Source: Paramoeba atlantica (Eukaryota > Protista > Discosea). Taken from it: a DNA stretch of 31,226 nucleotides. A program made the translations under genes and the position numbers. Location of the stretch: the NCBI GenBank assembly GCA_977017575.1, contig CDRNVI010000124.1, positions 1 through 31,226 on the forward strand, in the 5' to 3' direction. Below, in pieces: positions 12,842 through 23,304 of this stretch; the first letter of the stretch is position 1; every line of letters starts with the position of its first letter. The notes beneath the pieces were generated by a model that made no database searches, was not told the origin of the DNA, and worked only from the letters and a program-made list of their open reading frames with translations.

Positions 12842-14341
12842 ATGGACGCTAATAATCAGCAAAATAATATTTATTTTGGAATTGTAATTAAAGTTAAGGA
12901 TGGTATTGCAACAATTAAAGGATTAGAAAACGCTAAAGCAGGAGAAGTTTTAGAATTTTCTAGTGGTGCTAAAGGATTAGCATTAAACTTAGCTGAAAAT
13001 GAAATTAGTTCTGTTATTTTTGGTAATGAACAATTAATTAAACAAGGGGTTCGAGTCAAAAATACAGGTAAATTAATGACTATTAATATTTCTTCTAAAT
13101 TATTAGGTAGAGTTATTAATGCTATAGGTGAGCCTATAGATAATGATACAGCTATTGCTGCAACAGAAGTTAAAAATGTTGAGCAAAAAGCAGTAGGTAT
13201 TATCGCTAGACAATCTGTTCATGAACCTATGTTAACAGGTATGAAATCTATAGATTCTTTAATTCCTATAGGTCGTGGTCAACGTGAATTAATTATTGGT
13301 GATAGACAAACAGGTAAAACTTCTATAGCTGTCGATACTATTATTAATCAATTAAATTATAATAATAATGTTGATTTTAAAAATGTTAATTTATATTGTG
13401 TTTATGTAGCTATTGGTCAAAAAAAATCAACAGCTGCTAGAATATTTAGTACTTTACAATCATTTCAATCAGCGCAATATACAGTTATTGTAAGTGCATT
13501 TGCTTCTGAATCTGCATCATTACAATATTTAGCACCTTATGTAGGTACTTCTATAAGTGAGTATTTTAGAGATAATAAAAAACATTGTGTCATTATATAT
13601 GATGATTTAACTAAACATGCTGCCGCTTATAGACAAATGTCTTTATTATTAAGAAGACCACCAGGTAGAGAAGCTTATCCAGGAGATGTTTTTTATTTAC
13701 ATTCTAGATTATTAGAAAGATCTTCTAAATTATCTACTAAATTAGGTTCAGGTTCAATAACCGGTTTACCTGTTATTGAAACATTAGAAGGAGATGTTTC
13801 GGCTTATATTCCAACTAATGTTATATCTATTACAGATGGTCAAATATTTTTAGATACTGAACAATTTTATTCAGGTATAAGACCAGCAGTAAGTGTTGGT
13901 TTATCGGTTAGTAGAGTTGGTGGAGCTGCACAACCTAAATTAATGAAATCATTAGCAGGTTCTTTAAAGGTTGGTTTAGCCCAATTTAGAGAAGTTGAAA
14001 GTTTTGCTAGTTTAGGTTGTGATATAGATCCTGTTACTCAACAATTATTAGATCGTGGTTATAGATTAACTGAATTATTTGTACAAAGTAGATTTAATAA
14101 TTATTCATTAGATTTATCTTTATTATCAGTTTTTGCAGGTTCTAAAGGTTTTTTTGATAAATTAGCTATAAATAAAATAAATGGTGTATTTGAAGAAATG
14201 GTTTTAGAAAGTAAAAAATTATTTTGATTACCTTTTTTTCAATTTTTAAATGATGTAATTCATCCTGATAAAGTTGGTCTAAATTATAACTTTTTAGAAA
14301 GTTTTTTAGGCTCTTATAATAAATGATGTATTAATATTTAA
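12842..14341 (+). CDS. atp1: ATP synthase F1 alpha subunit (499 aa with TGA read-through)
   Basis: [40 protein letters not shown]; TAA 14339-14341. Confidence 0.97.
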
Positions 14342-14346
14342 AAAAA

Positions 14347-15366
14347 ATGATTAATTTTGTAAATAATATAATTTTTTCAAATTTAGAGGCAGATTATGCT
14401 TTACCTGGACAATTAGGTTTTCAATACCCAGCTAATACTATAGCTCGAGGAATTATTGATTTGCATAATCATATTATGTTTTTTTTAGTTTTTATTGTTG
14501 TATTTACTTTTGCTATGATTTATTTCACTTTAAGTACATTTACAATAAATAATAATAGTAATTTAGAGATTTTTAATAAAGTAAAAAATTTTTATAATGT
14601 AAGAATTTCGCATAATACATTATTAGAAACTCTTTGAATTATAATACCAAGTTTAATATTAATATCTATAGCAATACCGTCTTTTGCTTTATTATATGCT
14701 ATGGAAATATCTGGTGTAAGTCTGTTAACAATGAAAGTTACAGGACATCAGTGATATTGATCTTATTCTTTTGTATTTAGTTTAGATAATCCTCAAATTG
14801 TATATGATATTGCGAGTAATACAAATATAGAGTTAGGAGGTTCTTTTTCAAATAATATAGCTGAATTTAGTTTCGATAGTTATATGGTACCTACTAATGA
14901 ATTATCAGATAAAGGTTTACGTTTATTAGAAACTACAAATCCAGTAGTATTGCCTGTAGATACTTTTATAAAAGTATATGTAACAGCTAGTGATGTATTA
15001 CATTGTTGAGCTGTCCCTTCATTAGGTATAAAAATAGATGCTTGTCCTGGTAGGTTAAATCAGGTAAATTTATTTATAGATAGAATTGGTCATTTTTATG
15101 GTCAATGTAGTGAATTATGTGGTGTAAATCATGGTTTTATGCCTATTGAAATATATAGTATAACTAAATTAGATTATATTACATATTTATGTTTAGCTTG
15201 TGAAGATTTTAGAAATAATTCGTTTAATCAACTAATAAATTATTATCATTATTTTTATGAAGATGGAAGTAATGCTATTGTTTTTACTAGAGGTTTCTAT
15301 GATTGATGACAAGATCAACTTAATTTATCAATAAAAGAATTTTTAAATAAAGAAAATAGTATATAA
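14347..15366 (+). CDS. cox2: Cytochrome c oxidase subunit 2 with C-terminal extension (339 aa)
   Basis: GHQWYWSY, DVLHCWAVPSLG, CuA motif [12 protein letters not shown]; first TAA at 15364-15366. Confidence 0.96.
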
Positions 15367-15369
15367 AAT

Positions 15370-16239
15370 ATGATTAATAAATTTAAACATTTTCATTTTT
15401 GACATATTGTAACAATTAGTCCATGACCTTTATTATTATCTATGTTTGCATTATCAATGCCAGTAGGTTTAGTAACTTTTTTTCAAGGATTTTATTATGG
15501 TGTACCTGTATTTTTTATAGGTTTAATTATGGTAATATTTATTATATGTTTATGATTTAGAGATATAGTAATTGAAGCAAGTTATGAAGGTCATCATACT
15601 AAACAAGTTCAATCAAGCTTAATTATAAGCTTTTTACTTTTTATTTTTTCAGAAGTAATGCTTTTTGTAGCTTTTTTCTGAGCTTTTTTTCATTCAAGTA
15701 TTTTTCCTACAGTAGAATTAAATTGTAGTTGACCTCCCGTAGGAATGAGTGAAATAATTATGGATCCTTTTGGTATTCCTTTATTAAATACTTTATTATT
15801 ATTAACATCAGGTGCTACTTTAACTTTAGCACATTTATATTTAAAACAAGGATATATGGATAAATGTTTATTAACTATGGTTGTTACAATTGTATTTGCT
15901 GTATTATTTTTATCTTTTCAGTTTTATGAATATAGTGTTTCTGCTTTTGATATTTCAGATGGTGTTTATGGTTCAACTTTTTTTTGTTGTACTGGTTTAC
16001 ATGGTTTTCACGTTATTGTTGGTACTATAGCTTTAAGTATGACTACTTATCGTATATATTTATCACATTTTTCACGTAATCACCATTTAGGTTTTGAATT
16101 TGCAGCTTGATATTGACATTTTGTTGATGTAGTATGATTATTTTTATATATGATTATATATTGTTGAGGTAGTGATATGGTAGCTCCTCTTATATTAGAA
16201 TTAAAAGATGGAAAAGAGAATATTTTTTATTTAGTATAA
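15370..16239 (+). CDS. cox3: Cytochrome c oxidase subunit 3 (289 aa)
   Basis: SPWP, FSEVMLFVAFFWAFF, TGLHGFHVIVG, AAWYWHFVDVVWLFLY. Confidence 0.97.
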
Positions 16240-16246
16240 ATTTACA

Positions 16247-17908
<1,662 letters not shown>

Positions 17909-17924
17909 TAATTTTACTAATATA

Positions 17925-17998
17925 ATCCCTCTGGTCTAATTGGTTAAGACATATCACTCATAATGGTACTGATATAGGTTCAAGTCCTATGGGGGATA
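17925..17998 (+). tRNA. tRNA with CAU anticodon (probably Ile2/lysidine type, possibly elongator Met)
   Basis: Full cloverleaf, acceptor ATCCCTC/GGGGGAT paired, anticodon CAT 17959-61; D-arm resembles trnI(GAU). Confidence 0.85.
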
Positions 17999-17999
17999 A

Positions 18000-18071
18000 A
18001 TAGTTGTAGTGTAGTGGTTAACATATTAGTCTTCAAAACTAATGACATAGGTTCAAATCCTATCAACTGTG
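18000..18071 (+). tRNA. trnW: tRNA-Trp(UCA)
   Basis: Cloverleaf with loop CTTCAAA; anticodon TCA reads UGA. Confidence 0.93.
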
Positions 18072-18103
18072 TTAATTATAGATGATATAATTAAATATAA
18101 TAA

Positions 18104-18175
18104 AATAGGGTGACTGAAAGGTAAAGTATTGTTTTTTGGCAGCAAATCGTGTAGGTTCGAGTCCTACTCCTAAGT
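18104..18175 (+). tRNA. trnQ: tRNA-Gln(UUG)
   Basis: Anticodon TTG 18136-38; acceptor pairs 1 and 2 mismatched. Confidence 0.9.
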
Positions 18176-18188
18176 ATTAAAATTTTTT

Positions 18189-18261
18189 TTAAGGATAGTA
18201 TAAATGGTTATTATAATTGATTGCAAATCTATAGATATCGGTTCGAGTCCGTTTCCTAACT
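18189..18261 (+). tRNA. trnC: tRNA-Cys(GCA)
   Basis: Anticodon GCA 18223-25; acceptor pairs 1 and 3 mismatched. Confidence 0.88.
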
Positions 18262-18288
18262 TTTTTAAATTTAATATAAATATAATAA

Positions 18289-18361
18289 ATACCTATAGTT
18301 TAATTGGTTAAAACATGCATTTGATAAGTGCAAATTGATAGTTCGAGTCTATCTGGGGTTA
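18289..18361 (+). tRNA. trnI: tRNA-Ile(GAU)
   Basis: Loop TTGATAA; acceptor pairs 2 and 3 mismatched. Confidence 0.92.
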
Positions 18362-18370
18362 TAAATAAAA

Positions 18371-18443
18371 AAATAGTTAGCTCAATTGGTAGAGCATCGG
18401 CCTTTTAAGCTGAGGGTTATAGGTTCGAGCCCTATACTATCTA
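18371..18443 (+). tRNA. trnK: tRNA-Lys(UUU)
   Basis: Loop CTTTTAA; acceptor pair 2 A-C mismatch. Confidence 0.93.
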
Positions 18444-18449
18444 TAAAAA

Positions 18450-18522
18450 TATGGAATGGTGTAATAGGTTAGCACATCGAGTTGTGATTTCGATAGTATG
18501 AGTTCAAGTCTCATTTCTTACC
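18450..18522 (+). tRNA. trnH: tRNA-His(GUG)
   Basis: Loop TTGTGAT, discriminator C; acceptor pairs 1-3 mismatched. Confidence 0.92.
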
Positions 18523-18588
18523 TAAATTAAGAATAATAAAATTAATAAAATATATATTTTATTAAAATTTTTTTATTAATTTGTAAAG

Positions 18589-18662
18589 ATAGATGTGATG
18601 GAATTGGTAGACATATTAGTTTTAGGCACTAAATTTTAGGGGTTCGAGTCCCCTCATCTGTA
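18589..18662 (+). tRNA. trnL: tRNA-Leu(UAG), short variable arm
   Basis: Leu-type D-loop GGAATTGGTAGAC, loop TTTAGGC. Confidence 0.9.
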
Positions 18663-18696
18663 TTGTATGTATAAAAAAAGAAAAAATATTTTTTAT

Positions 18697-18767
18697 AAGG
18701 ATGTAGTTTAAAGGTAAAATATCTATTTTGGGTGTAGACGTTATAGGTTCAAATCCTATCGTCCTGA
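18697..18767 (+). tRNA. trnP: tRNA-Pro(UGG)
   Basis: Loop TTTGGGT; acceptor pair 1 A-G mismatch. Confidence 0.92.
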
Positions 18768-18780
18768 TAATTATAATAAC

Positions 18781-18854
18781 AAGGAGGTAGCTTAATAGGC
18801 TAAAGCTTTAACCTGTCGAGTTAAAAGATGAGGGTTCGAATCCCTTCCTCCGCA
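18781..18854 (+). tRNA. trnD: tRNA-Asp(GUC)
   Basis: Loop CTGTCGA; acceptor pairs 1 and 2 mismatched. Confidence 0.92.
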
Positions 18855-19154
18855 TAAAATATAATAAAATATGTTTATTTTATTACTATATAATCAAGAT
18901 GTTTTGTATATAAAATATAAAATATTATCTATTATATCTATTATATCAATTTATGATAAATGTACATTTACCATATGAAATAACAGTCATAAAACATACA
19001 TATTTTACTTAAAATTTTTTTAAAAAGAGAAAAAATTATAAAATAAATAATTATAGTAATTTAAAAGATTTTATTTTTTTAATAAAATAAAAAATTAGTA
19101 AATTAATATGATTATTTATTTTAGATATATCTTACTTTAATAATATATGATTTA

Positions 19155-19226
19155 TTTTTCTTCGTCTAATGGTTAGGACATTGCTCTTTCACAGCAGAAA
19201 TAAGGGTTCAAATCCCTTAGAAATGA
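19155..19226 (+). tRNA. trnE: tRNA-Glu(UUC)
   Basis: Loop CTTTCAC; acceptor pair 2 T-T mismatch, pair 1 U-G. Confidence 0.92.
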
Positions 19227-19327
19227 AATTATTTTATCCGTATTAATTTAATTTAATAAAATTTTTTTGTAAATTTTTGAAATCTATTATACACTGATTT
19301 AAGTATATTATTTGTCACATATAATAA

Positions 19328-19345
19328 GGGGGGTTTGGGGGGTTT
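19328..19345. repeat. G-tract direct repeat (GGGGGGTTT)x2
   Basis: Read directly; stands out against the AT-rich mitochondrial background. Confidence 0.9.
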
Positions 19346-19400
19346 GTATAAGAGATAATATTTTATTTTCATATACAAAAATTTTTATTAATTATTTTTT

Positions 19401-19483
19401 AATGGTGTGATGGAATTGGTAAACATGATAGACTTAAAATCTATTGCCTTTTAGGCTTGAGGGTTCGAGTCCCTCCTCCAATA
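19401..19483 (+). tRNA. trnL: tRNA-Leu(UAA)
   Basis: Loop CTTAAAA, long variable arm; acceptor pair 2 (and pair 6) mismatched. Confidence 0.92.
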
Positions 19484-19501
19484 ACGATGAGTTAATTATT
19501 T

Positions 19502-19574
19502 TTTAAGATGGAGTAATAGGTTAACTCAGTGGTCTCATGAGCCACAGATGTAGGTTCGAGTCCTACTCTTCTTA
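19502..19574 (+). tRNA. trnM: tRNA-Met(CAU), initiator-like
   Basis: GAGT/ACTC D-stem and CTCATGA loop resemble mitochondrial fMet tRNAs; acceptor pairs 1-3 mismatched. Confidence 0.87.
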
Positions 19575-19673
19575 TATAATTACGTAAATATTATTATGGA
19601 TTACATTTGAATATGTAATCAATTTTGAATTTTTATTAATTAGTAAAATATATGTATAAAAATATTTTCGAAA

Positions 19674-19913
19674 ATGGCAGGACAAGAAATTATGTTAATT
19701 TTTGCAAAAAAAGTAGGTGCTGGTTTAGCTACTATAGGTTTAGCAGGTGCTGGAGTAGGTATAGGAATAGTTTTTGGAGCTTTTTTAATTGCTTATTCAC
19801 GTAATACTACAATTAAAAACGATTTATTTGGTTATACTTTATTAGGTTTCGCATTAACAGAAGCAATTGCTCTGTTTGCCCTAATGATGGCTTTCTTAAT
19901 CTTATATACTTAA
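19674..19913 (+). CDS. atp9: ATP synthase subunit c
   Basis: [36 protein letters not shown]. Confidence 0.98.
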   Translation: MAGQEIMLIFAKKVGAGLATIGLAGAGVGIGIVFGAFLIAYSRNTTIKNDLFGYTLLGFALTEAIALFALMMAFLILYT

Positions 19914-19940
19914 TCAACCTATTTTTGTTGTTTTGTATTT

Positions 19941-20014
19941 AATTGGTTAGTTTAATTGGTTAAAATTATGATCTTCTAAATCATTAGATATAGGTTCGAG
20001 TCCTATACCAATTA
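19941..20014 (+). tRNA. trnR: tRNA-Arg(UCU)
   Basis: Loop CTTCTAA; acceptor AATTGGT/ACCAATT perfectly paired. Confidence 0.93.
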
Positions 20015-20022
20015 TAATTTTT

Positions 20023-20103
20023 TATAGTGTGGCTGAGCGGTAAAGCGGTAGACTGTAAATCTATTGTATTTATACATCGTAGGTTCGAATCCTACCACTT
20101 CCA
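20023..20103 (+). tRNA. trnY: tRNA-Tyr(GUA)
   Basis: Loop CTGTAAA, long variable arm; acceptor pairs 1-3 mismatched. Confidence 0.93.
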
Positions 20104-20159
20104 TTTGATTAAAATATATAATAATGTTGAATAATTTTTAAACAAATCATTTTAAAATT

Positions 20160-21159
20160 TTTTTATAAATTTAAAATAGTATTAAACGGATATCTTGCCA
20201 ATAATAAGTTTATAGACGTTTTAAAACGTAATGTGAAAGTAAAATAATAATAATTTTTCAATATTCACGTATCTAAAGGGAAAACCCAATTAAATTAAAT
20301 AATTAAAGAATATCTAATGAATTGAATCATCTTAGTAATTAGTTAAAAAAAATAAAAATGATATTATTAGTAGTGGCGAGCGAAAATAAAATAGCTAAAT
20401 TAAACAATAATATAAATAAAAAATATAATAATTTGGAATAATTAACAAAATAAGTAATAGTCTTGTTATTTTTTATTATTATTATTGGTTTTGAGTAAAA
20501 TAAAAACTAAATTTGTTTGAAGATTAGAGACCATCTCTAAAGGCTAAAGAATTATTATTGAGCGATAGTGAAAAAGTACTGTGAAGGAAAGATGAAAAGA
20601 AATTTTTTAAAAATGTTGAAATAGATTTTGAAATTTAATACTAAATAGCACTTTAAGCATAAATAATTATATGTTAAAAGGTACCTTTTGCATAATGGGT
20701 CAGTGAGTTAATTATTGTAGCAAAATAAAAAATTATTAAATTTTTTAATTGTAATTAATATATTTATAGTTATAATAATTAGACCCGAAACCAAGTGATC
20801 TAGTCATGGGCAGATTGAAGTTAATTAAATATTAATGGAGGATCGAACCCGTTTATGTTGCAATATATTGGGATGACCTATGATTAGGGGTGAAAGGCTA
20901 ATCAAACTTGGAGATAGCTGGTTTTCTACGAAATCTATTTAAGTAGAGATGAAATTTAAATTTATATAAGGTAGAGCTACCATATTGGGTTGTTGAATCC
21001 ATATGAACTTCAAATAAATATAAAGTAAAAATTTTAATTTCGATATATGGCGAAAAGGTTGTATATCAAGAGGGAAAGAGCCCAGATTATAAATTAAGGT
21101 TTCTAAATTAATATTAAGTTAAAAAGTATATTATAATATTAACAATGAATAGGAGGTAG

Positions 21160-21193
<34 letters not shown>

Positions 21194-22935
21194 CAGCTCA
21201 CTATTGATAGATATTTATATACAAAAATATAACGAAAATAAATATTATACCGAAATTATAAAATATTATTTAAAATAATAATATTGGTAGTAGAACGTTT
21301 TATAAAAGAAAAAAAAAAATTGTTAAATTATAAAATTAAAATTGAATATACTGGCATAAGTAGCAAAAATAATGTTATAAACATTATCATCTAAAAATCT
21401 AAGGTTTCTAATGTCAAGATAAACTGCATTAGGTTAATCGGTCCCTAAAATGAATATGATAGTAATAATTGAAGGGTAGTTAAAGAGTTATAAGGATAAC
21501 ATAATATTTTTAACGTTATTAGTAGATGACAGTTTATTTTTTAAATATTTTAGGATCAAATTTTAATAAATATAGTAAAACATTGTGTGATATATTCGCA
21601 TATATTGATTGAAATATTTAAAAAATAAATTCAAGAAAGAATACTAATATATAAAACCGTACTAAATCCTACACAGGAGGATTAGTAGAGAATACTAAGA
21701 TGAATAATTGAATAATATCGAAGGAACTCGGCAAATTAACTCTGTAACTTCGGGAGAAAGAGTATTTTTATATATACATTATATGTATATAAAAATGTAA
21801 CAGAATAGAGGATGGCGACTGTTTAACAAAAACACAGGACTTTGCAAAATTAATTAATGATGTATAAGGTCTGACACCTGCCCGGTGCTATAAAGGTAAT
21901 TGTTATTGTTAATATATTATTTAATGTATTAGCTTTATATAGAATGAATAGTAAACGGCAGCTGTAAATATAACGGTTCGAAGGTAGCGAAATTCCTTGT
22001 CGAGTAAGTTTCGACCTTGCATGAATGGTGTAACGACTATCCTACTGTCTCCGGTATTATATTAGCGAAATTGAATTCTCTGTGCAGATGCAGCGTATTA
22101 ATAGCTAGACGGAAAGACCCTATGCACCTTTACTGCAGTTATATTTTGTTATTAAAAATTAAATTTATAGGATACAAACTAATCGTTTTAAAATTTTAAT
22201 ATTAGTTAATTGTTTAGATAATCTTGGAATAGTTTGAATTTAATTTTTAAAACTTAATAATTTTTTATTGACAGAATATATTTGGTAGTTTCTCTGGGGC
22301 GGAGACCTCATAAAATGTAACTGAGGTGTACAAAGGTAATTAAAATTTTATTAGAAAATTTTGGCGTGTAATGGCTAAAAATTACTTAACTGTGAGATTT
22401 ACAAATCAAACAGAGATCTTTTTTATTAAAAAGGTCGGTCATAGTGATCCAATATAATTGAATGGAAAATATATTGCTCAACGGATAAAAGGTACGCTAG
22501 GGATAACAGGCTTATGACTCCGGAGAGAAGATATCGACGGGGTTGTTTGGCACCTCGATGTCGATTGGTCACATCCTGGTTAAGAAAAATGTTCCAAGGG
22601 TAAGGCTGTTCGCCTTTTAAAGTGGCACCTGAATTGGGTTCAGAACGTCGTGAGACAGTTCGGTTCCTATCTACTATTAATTAATTAAAATTGAAGGAAT
22701 CTTATCTTAGTACGAAAGGACTGGAGAAGGAATATCACTGGTAAATCGGTTGTAATTATAATTGCATAGTCGAGTAGCTAAATATTAATAATATAATTAT
22801 TGAATTCAATCAGATATAAGAAGATTATCCTAAAATATTTTAAAAGTATTGATTGTAAAAGATTATTACGAAATTAAGTTATGTGTGTAAGTCCTGTGAA
22901 GGATTGAGCTAAATAATTTTAAGAATCAATCTAAT
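20160..22935 (+). rRNA. rnl: Mitochondrial large-subunit rRNA (ends approximate)
   Basis: Conserved LSU blocks: GACCCGAAACC, GAAGGAACTCGGCAAA, AAGGTAGCGAAATTCCTTGTCG, GGATAACAGGCT, GTCGTGAGACAGTT, sarcin-ricin AGTACGAAAGGAC; no intron-sized insertion. Confidence 0.96.
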
Positions 22936-23063
22936 TTATAAAAAGAAAAAAGAAAAAAGAAAAAAAATTTCTATATAAGAAAAAATAAAATATATAATAT
23001 TTTGAAAATATTATATGTAATAAAACAACAAACTTTAAATTAAAGTTTGTAATTTGTAAAACA

Positions 23064-23137
23064 ATACTTGGTAGTTTCAATGGTAAAATAATTGGCTGTT
23101 AACCAATCAGATGTAGGTTCGAATCCTGCCAGGTCGT
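23064..23137 (+). tRNA. trnN: tRNA-Asn(GUU)
   Basis: Loop CTGTTAA, T-arm GTAGG/CCTGC; 5' register ambiguous by one base. Confidence 0.85.
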
Positions 23138-23150
23138 TGTATAAAAATAA

Positions 23151-23239
23151 GTTTATGTGGCTGAGTGGTTTAAAGTAATCCTCTTGAAAAGGATCGTATA
23201 ATTTTAATTATACCGTGGGTTCGAATCCCACCATAATCT
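23151..23239 (+). tRNA. trnS: tRNA-Ser(UGA)
   Basis: Loop CTTGAAA, long variable arm; acceptor pair 2 T-T mismatch. Confidence 0.92.
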
Positions 23240-23304
23240 TAATATAAAAAAAAAGGAAAAAATTTATGTAAATTATATAATATATAATATATTATATATA
23301 AATA

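Noticed and set aside
12871-13059. Minus-strand ORF
   Set aside because: Shadow of atp1.
17925-20103. Regularly spaced similar motifs (GGTTCGAGTCC) resembling a CRISPR or repeat array
   Set aside because: These are the T-arms of tandem tRNA genes.
22017-22199. ORF inside rnl, possible intron endonuclease
   Set aside because: Overlaps conserved rRNA core; no LAGLIDADG/GIY-YIG motif and no intron-sized insertion.
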